Below are positions 35,581-45,036 of a DNA stretch of 64,000 nt, piece after piece. The notes under the pieces are model-generated. The model did no database searches, was not told the DNA's origin, and saw nothing but the letters and a program-made list of their open reading frames with translations. A program made the translations under genes and the position numbers. Origin of the DNA: Opitutales bacterium (lineage in GTDB: Bacteria > Verrucomicrobiota > Verrucomicrobiia > Opitutales > UBA2995); contig OZ252288.1 of the NCBI GenBank assembly GCA_965250065.1, positions 578,693 through 642,692 of the forward strand, in the 5' to 3' direction. Each line of letters begins with the position of its first letter. Positions within the stretch are counted from its first letter, which is position 1.

Positions 35581-38500
35581 TCAGAACAGAAACGTGCTGG
35601 TTAAACGGAAATTGGTTGGATTCATAATCCGTATCTGAGATGGAACATCGTCGCCGGACTTTCGCGTGATGATCAGATCATCGTTATTCAAGGCATTACG
35701 GATATTCAGCTGTATTCTCCAATTTACTTTACCGTCAAAAATCTTGCGCGTGTGGTTAATCCAGAGATCGACGTTGGCTTCGTTCGGACCAAAGAGTGGC
35801 TGAGTAACATCGGCGACAGCTATTTCATCGAGACCCACCGGCAAATCGGCATCGGATGGGGTTAAAATCCCGTCCCGGAAACCGACACCCACTTCATCCT
35901 GCCAGCGATAGGCGCCACCGACGGCCCAACCTTTCAATCTGCTATCATCGTCGAAGCGGTATCTGCTAGCGAGATTGAAACGCCACTCGCGGACTTCATC
36001 CAACAGGGCCCCTTCTCTTAAGGTTCGCCTGAGAAGGAGTGACCACTGCGTACGACGAGTCTGATTGTAAATCGTATTAGCCGTAGAGGGCTCTCCCGGA
36101 TCCGGCATGCCGTTACCATTCAGATCGTCATAATCCTTATACGTGTTCGGTCGCGACAGGAGATCTCCCATGACCAGCCATTGCGGCTCACGAATCTCAA
36201 AATACTTTTTAAACGATTTCAATACATTCGTTTTGATGGCCTTCTGTTGCGCTACATTAAAAACCATGGTCCAATTGCTCGTCGGGTTCCAGACACCCTC
36301 AACTTCCACACCTTCCGATGAAAAGTCGGATACACCCGTCACGTTCGGATTCCCGCGATCGGAAACCGAAATGGCAGTCCCTGGATCCGGACCTGGATCG
36401 ACCGGAGTCCATAAAGCTTGACGCATACCCAGAGGAGGCACCGTGTAGACTTCCGCCCACTTGATGTTATTGGGCCATAACCTCGGATCATCCGGTTCCC
36501 AGGTTTCATATTCTTCTCGTGGCACCGAAGGATCCCTAGGTTCCTTCTCCTGCAGCGAACTGCGAACACCGTTGTACCACAGACGCTCAAAATTCGGGAT
36601 GCCTGAGGTACCCGCGGAACGATCGGTCTGGTTTTTCGAAACCGTCTCATACCAATTGACACGAACGTAGAAGGCTTGGTCCGGCAAGTCGATAGAGAAC
36701 CCGTATTCCTTAGTTGTTCCGGCCGGGCTTGGGTGTGGCTCGTTCAAAATAGTAATTCGGCCCGGTGACGGCACAAAGTTCTCCGACTCCCCGTAGTGAG
36801 CGCTCAAACCAATACCGAAAGGCCGCCAATTTTCAGGAAGGTGTCCCACCACACCCCAGGTAAAGACGTCGCCTTTGACAGAGTCATCGGGATCCGAAGG
36901 AAATTCCAAAGTTTCCGGAAGCGCAATCGCTTCAGCCGTAAATTCAGGACTATCATCCCGCCAGGATTCCGCCTTATCTTCGCGCCAGCCGTAGGTGGCA
37001 ACAATATTGTCGTCCAGTAAATAACTCTGGGCCACTAACGCAACCGATTCGATCTCCTGCCGATCAATCGATGCGTTGTTAACCGAATTGAGAACCAGGG
37101 GCGAACCTTCAACCTTCCGGTAGGCTCCCCTGTGTCCTTCGAAAATAGGATCAGCCGTGCTATCATAGAGAACGGCTGAGATCTCCTGTATCCTGGGATT
37201 TGGTCTTGAGGGCCCACGAGTGGCAAGTGTGCCACTGGACGGTATGCCGGTGATCCTGGGACCGAGGTAACGAATGTTCCGCGCTAACCGGTCATAGGAA
37301 GCGGTTGAGTAACCCCGTTTCCGATTCGCCTCCAGAATCCGTTCGATTTCTCCAGCGGACTGGATACCATAGGAATCCGATTCTTCGTAGACATCACGAG
37401 ACTGATTGGAAAAAAGGCCGGTAAACACGTGGCGGCCCAGCCAGCTCAATTTATCGTGGTCTCTCAGATCCAGATCGTAATACGCGGTAATTCTGAATGC
37501 TTCACGCTCGGAATTGCCGTTTGCAAAATTATCGTTGCCGCGCCTATAAGGTCTACCCACTCTTGGATTTGGAATGAGTATAGGCGTACCGTCTTCTTCT
37601 ACTTCAAAGAAGTAGCCGAAATATTCGCTCGCATCGACTGAGATATCATTTGACGCTCGTTCCAACCATCCGTCTTTTGAATTCTGTTTATCATAAACGA
37701 TTTCGACAGCCGAATTCTGGGAAAACCGTTGTTCGAGCGTTATATTAGCCGCGTCGAACGAACTGAAGGAAGTGTTTTCGGTTCCGGTCAGCGTATTGTT
37801 CCTGAAATCGAACACCCAATCGTCCTCGTCAGACAACACTGCATTGCTAATCGAGGCATTTACATCTTCCCGGTTCCTCCAGGTGTAATGCAAACGCCTG
37901 ATACCGTCAGGACCCGGGGTAGCGGGCAACGAATCAAAACCCAAGGTGGCATGCCTGTCTTCGGGGTTTTCGAAAACATACGAAGGACCACGATTGCCTG
38001 GAACTATACTCCAGCCGCTGGCGGAGCCTGGATCGGGATTCGTTTGCATTCCATTCTTTACCCAATCAGGGATATTCGAGGAGGGCGTGATAATAGGTGG
38101 ACGGCTCGCGTCTCTGCTACCGATTTCCATATTGGCGCGAATCGTCGTTGTTTCGGTTGGGGTCACCAGAAACGCGGCGTAGAGACGTCTTTCATCCTCA
38201 AAAGAGGGCTTTTGCTTAAACCGGTTCTGGTTATTCAAGCCGATAATTCTCACCGCCATAAAATCATCGAAGATGACCCGGTTGATATCGAGGATTTGGC
38301 GATTAGCCCCCCAACTACCGTAACGCAGTTTGATCTCATTTCTTTCCTCGAAGACGGCCTGCTTCAGGTTATTGTTGACGAGGCCGGCGGGACTCCCCAA
38401 TCCAAAGAGAATCGCGTTCGCGCCTTTGGCAATGGTGACGCGGTCGGTGTTGTATGTATCGAATCCTATATCCGAAAGAAAGTAACCGCGAGTTCGGTCG

Positions 38501-38898
38501 GGCTCTGCCAGACCGCGTACGCGAGCACGCCCATTGGGATCACGCCGGTCACCGCCCCCGGCTCCAAAGTTTCCGTCCGGACCGGATACCTCGGTGTTCG
38601 TGGTGTAGAGAAACAAATCCTCAATATTGGTGGATCCCGTGTCCTCGAGGAAATCCTCTGTCACTACCTGAACCGCTCCGGCGAGATCCTTCAGATTGGA
38701 TCTGAGGCGTGTTCCAGCCAAGGTGTTAGTCGCCGCGTAGCCACTATCTTCCTCGCCCGTGATGGTGAAGGGAGACAATTCGAAGATATCTTCCTCTTCC
38801 TCTTCTTGCGCCAGAACTTGGGAAAATCCAGCCGGCAATACCAGCATCAACCCGGTAACCAGCGCGCAAATGTTTTGTTTTAATTCATAGGTGTTCAT
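35581..38898 (-). CDS. TonB-dependent outer-membrane receptor (Verrucomicrobia type)
   Basis: 1105-aa ORF with a signal peptide. It has an acidic linker then FELSPFTITGEEDSGYAATNTLAGTRL (plug domain), a beta-rich body, and a C-terminal ...RLTSTFLF. Confidence 0.85.
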   Translation of the reverse strand: MNTYELKQNICALVTGLMLVLPAGFSQVLAQEEEEEDIFELSPFTITGEEDSGYAATNTLAGTRLRSNLKDLAGAVQVVTEDFLEDTGSTNIEDLFLYTTNTEVSGPDGNFGAGGGDRRDPNGRARVRGLAEPDRTRGYFLSDIGFDTYNTDRVTIAKGANAILFGLGSPAGLVNNNLKQAVFEERNEIKLRYGSWGANRQILDINRVIFDDFMAVRIIGLNNQNRFKQKPSFEDERRLYAAFLVTPTETTTIRANMEIGSRDASRPPIITPSSNIPDWVKNGMQTNPDPGSASGWSIVPGNRGPSYVFENPEDRHATLGFDSLPATPGPDGIRRLHYTWRNREDVNASISNAVLSDEDDWVFDFRNNTLTGTENTSFSSFDAANITLEQRFSQNSAVEIVYDKQNSKDGWLERASNDISVDASEYFGYFFEVEEDGTPILIPNPRVGRPYRRGNDNFANGNSEREAFRITAYYDLDLRDHDKLSWLGRHVFTGLFSNQSRDVYEESDSYGIQSAGEIERILEANRKRGYSTASYDRLARNIRYLGPRITGIPSSGTLATRGPSRPNPRIQEISAVLYDSTADPIFEGHRGAYRKVEGSPLVLNSVNNASIDRQEIESVALVAQSYLLDDNIVATYGWREDKAESWRDDSPEFTAEAIALPETLEFPSDPDDSVKGDVFTWGVVGHLPENWRPFGIGLSAHYGESENFVPSPGRITILNEPHPSPAGTTKEYGFSIDLPDQAFYVRVNWYETVSKNQTDRSAGTSGIPNFERLWYNGVRSSLQEKEPRDPSVPREEYETWEPDDPRLWPNNIKWAEVYTVPPLGMRQALWTPVDPGPDPGTAISVSDRGNPNVTGVSDFSSEGVEVEGVWNPTSNWTMVFNVAQQKAIKTNVLKSFKKYFEIREPQWLVMGDLLSRPNTYKDYDDLNGNGMPDPGEPSTANTIYNQTRRTQWSLLLRRTLREGALLDEVREWRFNLASRYRFDDDSRLKGWAVGGAYRWQDEVGVGFRDGILTPSDADLPVGLDEIAVADVTQPLFGPNEANVDLWINHTRKIFDGKVNWRIQLNIRNALNNDDLIITRKSGDDVPSQIRIMNPTNFRLTSTFLF

Positions 38899-39283
38899 TT
38901 CAAGTTACTCCTTAAGTTGTGTTCCAGTATTTTTCGAGCCGTCGAGCGTGGCTCTGTTCAGCAATTATTTAATAACCATCCAAACCGCAGACAGAAAGGC
39001 AAGATGTAGGAAGGTCGACAGTTGACTATTGCTATTATTGCGCTAATTAACCGGAAAAAAGGGCAAAAATAGAGGAAAACAGCAAAATCCGAGTCAGCAA
39101 CAGACGCGAGCTTTGGTGTATTCCGTGGTTTATCAAAAGCTTGACCACGGATGGGCACGAAGGCACGGAGGCACACATGGGCAGGCGCGATGGCGGGTGG
39201 TGGGCCTGCGGCCTCGGTAGCAAAAGGAGGATGCAGTGCTGTTTCTTTTAACTAAAACATCGTCACTTGTGACTGGATGCCTT

Positions 39284-39373
39284 CCGCCTTCAATGAGTTA
39301 CGGCGTGACAGGTCCGCCTTCAATGAGTTACGGCGTGACAGGTCCGCCTTCAATGAGTTACGGCGTAACAGGT
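39284..39373 (+). repeat. 3 x 30-bp perfect/near-perfect tandem repeat
   Basis: CCGCCTTCAATGAGTTACGGCGTGACAGGT occurs at 39284-39313, 39314-39343 and 39344-39373. The last unit differs by one base. Confidence 0.9.
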
Positions 39374-39610
39374 CGGCAACAGGAAAAACTTTTTTTGTGA
39401 GTAGCCACTACCGAGCCCGTAAAGGCGACATGATCACCAGAAAACAAAAGCACAAAACACTCAAAACTCATCTTGTGGTTTCAGTCCCTTGAAGGTCTTC
39501 CCGTTATAAATTTACCGGCTTTTGAACGCTTTCGATCACGACCACGATATTCTTCAGGATCTTTTCATCTCAGCATCTTGTTAACTCTGTAAATATCTTG
39601 TTCGCGAAGC

Positions 39611-40017
39611 GATCCTGTTCTGGCGAAGCCGGATCAAGCGCAGCGTTGTTCAATATTACCACCCAAACTTTAAGTGAAAAAACTCATCCTTTGAATAGCC
39701 ACTACCGAGCCTGTAAAGGCGATATGATCACCAGAAAACAAAAGCACAAAATATCACAAAACTTTCCTTGTGGCTTCTGTGCTTTCTGTGGCTAAAAATC
39801 CCTGTCCATCCTGTGCATCCATGTTTCATTTATTCGGGAGAAATATCTTGTTCGCGAAGCGAATGTTCCGGTTCAATAAATGCCCGGTCTGTTATGTTGG
39901 TGTCGCTCCGCTCGAAACTGCGCTTCGCTTGTAGATGTGTCACTGTTTTCTTGAGATCATGTCGCTCTGTTCGGAACGTTCGGTAGTTGAGGTGTCGTCG
40001 CATCCGCTCCTCGGTAG
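39611..40017 (+). repeat. 407-bp composite repeat block (modules E, D, C), copy 1
   Basis: It is colinear with 50211-50617 at a constant offset of 10600 bp. There are no indels and I counted 10 mismatches (about 97.5% identity). Confidence 0.9.
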
Positions 40018-40225
40018 TCGGTCACATTCGCTCCTTCGGAACTATTGCGGTGAAGCCGGATCAAGCGAAGCGTTGTTCAATAATATTTCTCAACATCGTC
40101 ACTTGTTGAGGTCTCACCATGCCCGCGCCAGTGCTCGATCTTCGTTCGCACGCCACGAAGTGGGTGATGTCGCGTTCGCTCGGTAGGGGGCTGTCGCGTT
40201 AGCTCGGTAGTGAGATATGCGGGTT

Positions 40226-40269
40226 AAAAAAAGCGCCCCAAGTGATCCCCCTCATTGGTCACTTGGGGC
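40226..40269 (-). terminator. Intrinsic terminator downstream of exoD
   Basis: On the minus strand, an 11-bp perfect stem (GCCCCAAGTGA / TCACTTGGGGC) with a 13-nt loop is followed by GC and a T7 run. It lies about 95 nt after the exoD stop. Confidence 0.7.
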
Positions 40270-40362
40270 TTTGATGAAGAGACCTAAAGCTGACTAAGTC
40301 ATGTCTACATGCGAACCCTGCTATAAAGTGTGTAGTGATGCAACTAGAAAATTTTTATACTT

Positions 40363-41028
40363 TCATCTTCCCTTGGAAAACCAACTCTTGGCGATCTCCA
40401 TGAGTTGATCCACTCCCTGCAGACCGTAGTAACTGATGGCAGTGAAAGCAGCCAAGTAAAGCAACACGGCCAAGACAGCCAAAATGCAAGACAAGAGCAC
40501 ACCCAGTCCGTCGTCTTCAGTCAGGGCGACCCCAATTACAAATATGACCATGGCAGGCGCCGTATTAGTGAGGGGGATGGGTATAATCATAAGCGCGGCC
40601 ATAGTGATGATCAATATGCCGGCAATCAGGTGTCCGCTCCGTGCCAGCACCCACCCCCACCGCGGTTTAATGAGGGGTTCGACGCGTTTAAAAAATCCCA
40701 CGGCCGCGCCAATCATTTTCTGCGCCAGTTTGCGCCCGATTTTTTTCTTGATGGCCCATTTTGGTAACCAGGGAGTTTGACGCCCAACCATCAGCTGCAG
40801 GGCGAGGATGCTGATCACTACCCCGAAAGGCGTACTGTACCCGGGAGCTGGCACCGGCAAGGCGCTGGGCAAAGACAGAACTATTAAAAGCAAGCCGAAC
40901 CCCCGATCGCCCAGAGCCTGGATAAGATCACCCATTTCGATTCCGGCTTCATCACCATGGGAAAGCAGGTTTTTGAGGTCGGTGGACAGGTGAGAATGGC
41001 TCATGGTTGGATAGATTGCTGTTTGCAA
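40363..41028 (-). CDS. exoD: Exopolysaccharide synthesis ExoD-family membrane protein
   Basis: 221-aa ORF. The region GDLIQALGDRGFGLLLIVLSLPSALPVPAPGYSTPFGVVISILALQLMVGRQTPWLPKW matches recalled ExoD family features. Confidence 0.7.
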   Translation of the reverse strand: MQTAIYPTMSHSHLSTDLKNLLSHGDEAGIEMGDLIQALGDRGFGLLLIVLSLPSALPVPAPGYSTPFGVVISILALQLMVGRQTPWLPKWAIKKKIGRKLAQKMIGAAVGFFKRVEPLIKPRWGWVLARSGHLIAGILIITMAALMIIPIPLTNTAPAMVIFVIGVALTEDDGLGVLLSCILAVLAVLLYLAAFTAISYYGLQGVDQLMEIAKSWFSKGR

Positions 41029-41088
41029 TATTTGTGCTTTTGCCGCAAGGTTCTTTTGGGAAACCAGGCGAGAAAAGGGGTCTATCGA

Positions 41089-41136
41089 GATGCTGAGATG
41101 CTGAGATGCTGAGATGCTGAGATGCTGAGATGCTGA
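41089..41136 (+). repeat. 6 x 8-bp microsatellite GATGCTGA
   Basis: Counted directly. Related CTGAG-rich words recur at 42825-42870, 43026-43060, 48295-48320 and 55497-55530. Confidence 0.9.
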
Positions 41137-41741
41137 GAATCAAAGGCACAGGGGCTTTTCTAAATGAAACATGGATGCACAGGATGAACAGGATTTCGGT
41201 AGACCGTTCCGAGGGAGCGAAAGCGACCGACTACCGAGGAGCGGATGCGACGACACCTCAACAAGCGAAGCGTAGTTTCGAGCGAAGCGACACCAACATA
41301 ACAGACCGGGCATTTACTGAACCGGAACATTTTTGCCCACTTATCCTGTCTATCCTGGCCATCCATGTTCAATCCTCCAAGCAAAGAATTGGGGTTGGTG
41401 GAAGGCGTCTACCGAGGGAGGTTGTGACGACACCTATCCGTTTTTGAGTGTAATTTGTTGTCGTGATCGTTATTGAACCTTTCAAAATCAGGGTGTTCAC
41501 ATTATTCGATCAAGATCATGATCAAGATTAAGATTAAGAGGCCTTTGGGGCTTTCAAGGGGGCCTACCGAGAGTTACGGAGGAAAGGGTCAAACCTTAAA
41601 TCCTGCACTGGCGTGCACGATTTGGGGGTTTCGGACTTGGGCCTTGGTAGCAAGAAATGAACCCGACCCTGCATTGGCATACAAGATGGCGGGGTGTCGG
41701 ACAGAGTGCATTTTTTTCAAACTTCGTTTTAGCATAATTTA

Positions 41742-42344
41742 ATGACAGGATCTATTAAATACGTGGCAATTATGGGCGGCGCCTTTGATCCTGTTCACCT
41801 GGGGCATCTGGCTTTGGCGAAGGACGCATTTGCCGGGCTGGACCTGGATGCCGTTTGGTTTGTCCCCACCGCCCAGTCGCCACTGAAAGACAATGTGCCC
41901 GGGCTGGATGATGTGGGCCGCCTGGAACTTTTGCAGGCGGCATTGGCGAATTTTCCGGATTTTCGAATTTGCAAAGCCGAGCTGGATCGCGGGGGCATAA
42001 GTTATACCATCGATACCGCCCGTCAGTTGATTGGCGAGTATCCCGGTACCGAATTCAGTTGGATAATCGGAAGTGACCAGGTAAAACTTTTGCATAAATG
42101 GCGTGAAATACACGAGCTGGCTAAACGGATTCGTTTTATTGTGGTGTCACGTCCGGGATTTAAGCTAGTTCCTCCCAGTCCCGGTATTTCCGGCTTGCGG
42201 CTTCAAATCGTTGCTTCCCGGCTACTCGATATCTCCTCTACCGACATCCGGCTCCGAATTGCCGCAGGAAAATCAGTGAATCATTTATTGCCAAAACCGG
42301 TTGCCGATCTTATTATGGAGCGAAATTATTATTTGAATTTATAG
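41742..42344 (+). CDS. nadD: Nicotinate-nucleotide adenylyltransferase
   Basis: 200-aa ORF with GGAFDPVHLGHL (HxGH motif) and ISSTDIR. Confidence 0.9.
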   Translation: MTGSIKYVAIMGGAFDPVHLGHLALAKDAFAGLDLDAVWFVPTAQSPLKDNVPGLDDVGRLELLQAALANFPDFRICKAELDRGGISYTIDTARQLIGEYPGTEFSWIIGSDQVKLLHKWREIHELAKRIRFIVVSRPGFKLVPPSPGISGLRLQIVASRLLDISSTDIRLRIAAGKSVNHLLPKPVADLIMERNYYLNL

Positions 42345-42350
42345 GCCTAT

Positions 42351-42737
42351 ATGCAGATCGAGGAGATTCCCGAAGAACAAATTACTTTAATAAGAGTGGC
42401 GGTGGGCGCCCTCGATGACAAGAAAGCGGAGGACTTGAAAGTCCTCTACCTGGGCCAAAAATCTTCAATAACCGATTTTTTTATATTGGCTACTGGAAAC
42501 TCCGATCCCCACCTGAAAGCCTTGTCAAATGCTTTATTCCACGAGTTAAAAGATCTGCAGGTGAAACTGGTTGGAACGGATTCGGAGCAAGGGAGTGGTT
42601 GGGCGGTAGTAGATGCGTTTGATGTCATGATTCACCTGTTTCTCCCCGAGCAGAGGGAGTTTTACCAGCTCGATGAACTCTGGAAAGACGCGGATGCACT
42701 GGATCCCCAGGCTTTTCTGACGGTGGGAGCCACCTGA
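42351..42737 (+). CDS. rsfS: Ribosome silencing factor RsfS (iojap)
   Basis: 128-aa ORF. It has DKKAEDLKVL...SSITDFFILATGNSDPHLKAL and the conserved nadD-rsfS gene order. Confidence 0.88.
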   Translation: MQIEEIPEEQITLIRVAVGALDDKKAEDLKVLYLGQKSSITDFFILATGNSDPHLKALSNALFHELKDLQVKLVGTDSEQGSGWAVVDAFDVMIHLFLPEQREFYQLDELWKDADALDPQAFLTVGAT

Positions 42738-43066
42738 AACCGCCAATCGCTTTTAGCCACTACCGGGCCTTTAAAGGCGACATGATCACCAGAAAACAAA
42801 TACACAGAAGAACAGAGTTTTTGAGATGCTGAGGTACTGAGTTTCTGAGAGGGACTGAGGGACGAGGGTACTGAAAGACGAGGTGAGCTAATCTGGAATA
42901 AGGATTAACAACGCTGCGCTTGATGCCTGCGGCAACAGGATGGCACTGCGTGCCAATAGGAATTATTAACCACGGATGACACGGATAGCCGCGGATGGGG
43001 TATCGTGGTCGTAGTGAGGATAAACCTCAGTACCTTAGCATCTCAGTATCTCAGTATCTCGCCCGT

Positions 43067-44125
43067 TCAAAAGGTGTACATCAGCGAGCTGTAGAAGCTG
43101 GATTCTTCCTTTGGCACGTTTTGAGGCACTAGATTGTCGTAGCTGAATTCGTATCCGAGGCGCAGGCTAAGTCCCTTGGAAATTTTTCCGGTTAATTTTA
43201 CTTCAAATGAATAACCCCAGTCATCGTTATCTTCAGGGGCCAAGTAGACCTGGGCATCCTGAGCGAGCTGGTAAATATCGTTGATTTTAAACTCCGAGTC
43301 CTGAAAGACCGACCCGAGGTAACTCCAACCACCCAGCTCATGGTTGGAGACGTCCAGGTCTCGGAATAGCGCTACCAGTTGTGGTCCAATGTAATATTCG
43401 AATTGAGGTGACAAACGCCGGTTCCAACCCAAGCCTATACCTTGTTCAAGGAAGTGATTGATTTCGCGAATATCATCAGTCTTGTAACGGGTTTTGAATT
43501 GCAGGAAAAAATCCTTCTCTTTGTAGCGGCGATACCGGAAGTCGGCAAGTAAGCGGTCGTCACTCACCTCACCATTTATTTTGCCGAACTTGTAATCGGT
43601 ATCTAAAAGAAAATCGTTCTTACCGTTTTTCCAGTTGCTGTTGAAATAGAATCGCAGGTCATTGCGGTCTTTGCGGCTTTCTTTGACATTGTAAGAGAAT
43701 CCAATACTTGAATTCATGTCCACCAGTGTGCGAATCAGTTCTTGGGGAAGCAAAAGAACCAATTTGTGCAAGTCGCCCAGTCCGTTGCCAATTTTATTTT
43801 TGCCTTCTTCTACCTGGAGGGAAGGTTGGTTCGCTGTTGGGGTCTTGTTTTCCGATGACGAAGCTGGATCAGCCTCTTGGTTTACAGCGGGCGGGACATC
43901 GGGATTGGACGCGCTGGCTACGAGCGCGGCGGGTAAAGTTTCCAATGCAGACTTGGCGATTTCGATTTCACCCAATTGCGGGTGCGCGATTACCACATGG
44001 GAGTCGGTTTGTTTAACCAGTTTCCCATTTAATTTGTCCCCGTTTTTGAGGACCAACTCCAGGGCGTTCAAACAATTGCCGGCCAAAAAGATGAATGAAA
44101 GGAGGAAAGCAGACCTAATATGCAT
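43067..44125 (-). CDS. Putative outer-membrane beta-barrel protein (DUF481/YdiY-like)
   Basis: 352-aa ORF with a signal peptide. It has an N-terminal LVLKNGDKLNGKLV...EIEIAKSAL motif, alternating beta-strand-like repeats, and ends in ...SSLMYTF. Confidence 0.5.
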   Translation of the reverse strand: MHIRSAFLLSFIFLAGNCLNALELVLKNGDKLNGKLVKQTDSHVVIAHPQLGEIEIAKSALETLPAALVASASNPDVPPAVNQEADPASSSENKTPTANQPSLQVEEGKNKIGNGLGDLHKLVLLLPQELIRTLVDMNSSIGFSYNVKESRKDRNDLRFYFNSNWKNGKNDFLLDTDYKFGKINGEVSDDRLLADFRYRRYKEKDFFLQFKTRYKTDDIREINHFLEQGIGLGWNRRLSPQFEYYIGPQLVALFRDLDVSNHELGGWSYLGSVFQDSEFKINDIYQLAQDAQVYLAPEDNDDWGYSFEVKLTGKISKGLSLRLGYEFSYDNLVPQNVPKEESSFYSSLMYTF

Positions 44126-44445
44126 ACAGATTCCGGGTTATGAATAATCAGTTTGCAATTGCCTAGCTAAAAAGAGCGTTGGCATGAATTTTATGACAGG
44201 CTCCAGGCAAGTTCGATAGACTTAACCTGGATATCTCACTTACCGAGCGAATGCGACATCTTCCAAATTCGTAGCGAGCGACATCTTCCAATTTCGTCTT
44301 AATTCTCCTTATTTTCAGTCGGGAACCAACTTGGAATAGACCATTTGATCGTTGACATTTTCTCCGGTCTCAAGATTCGACCTATTATGCTCGCCAAACC
44401 TCCGGAATTTATCTGCCATGTTTGGTCTCAAATCTCACTAAGGGG

Positions 44446-45024
44446 ATGAAACGCCTGATATTACTGAAAATAGCTGCGGTTTTAACTGGCCCGCTCTGGT
44501 TCTCTGCCTGTTCGGACGAGCCATCGGTCGAGCAGTACCGGGTGCAAAAGGCGTCCACGCAGCCCGCCCCTGCGGCGAGCACCGCATCTGCCCCCAGTGG
44601 ATTGCCCTTCCAGTGGAGGACCCCGGCCGGATGGCGGGAAGGTAAAGCTTCATCCATGCGACTGGCCAGCTACAATGTGCCACTGGATGGGGAAACCGGA
44701 GATTTTTCTCTGGTTCGGTTGGGTGGAGGAGCCGGAGGTATTCTGGCCAATATCAACCGTTGGCGGGGCCAAATCGGGTTGGGGCAGGTTTCATCGGACC
44801 AAGTCTCGAATTTTGCTCACATGCACTCAACACCTTACGGTCAGGAGTATTTACACATTACGCTAGTCAATGAGGAAAATCCGGCCAATGCCATTATCGC
44901 CGCCATATTCCAACGATCCGACTACGTGCTATTTGCAAAATTGACGGCTTCTCGGGCCGGAGTGGAAAAAGCACAGGAGTCCTTTGAGGCATTCTGCGAT
45001 TCATTGACATTCGCAGGTGAATAA
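44446..45024 (+). CDS. Lipoprotein of unknown function upstream of resB
   Basis: Lipobox LWFSAC. It contains a conserved-looking NINRWRGQIGL segment. It ends 13 bp before resB. The start was chosen at the ATG giving MKRLILLK. Confidence 0.6.
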   Translation: MKRLILLKIAAVLTGPLWFSACSDEPSVEQYRVQKASTQPAPAASTASAPSGLPFQWRTPAGWREGKASSMRLASYNVPLDGETGDFSLVRLGGGAGGILANINRWRGQIGLGQVSSDQVSNFAHMHSTPYGQEYLHITLVNEENPANAIIAAIFQRSDYVLFAKLTASRAGVEKAQESFEAFCDSLTFAGE

Positions 45025-45036
45025 GCGGGAGCAACC

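Noticed and set aside
37729-38883. Long antisense or shadow ORFs inside large genes: 37729-38883 (384 aa), 29592-30398, 45379-46056, 60188-61003, 27991-28776 and 6765-7451.
   Set aside because: Each lies wholly within a confidently assigned gene on the other strand and has low-complexity, Arg/Gly/Pro-rich translations with no motifs. They are typical shadow ORFs of GC-moderate coding DNA.
39277-39492. 71-aa ORF with the internal peptide repeat SAFNELRRDR x3.
   Set aside because: The periodicity is just the translation of the 3 x 30-bp DNA tandem repeat, and the rest of the ORF is module D repeat sequence. There is no independent coding evidence.
39768-39986. Identical 72-aa ORFs at 39768-39986 and 50368-50586, and the paired ORFs in family F (8020-8229 / 49215-49415 and 8108-8248 / 49145-49336).
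   Set aside because: They lie entirely in repeat blocks that also occur in the opposite orientation and as fragments. They have no recognisable protein motifs. ORFs exist in both strands of the same repeat. They are most simply chance ORFs in repeats.
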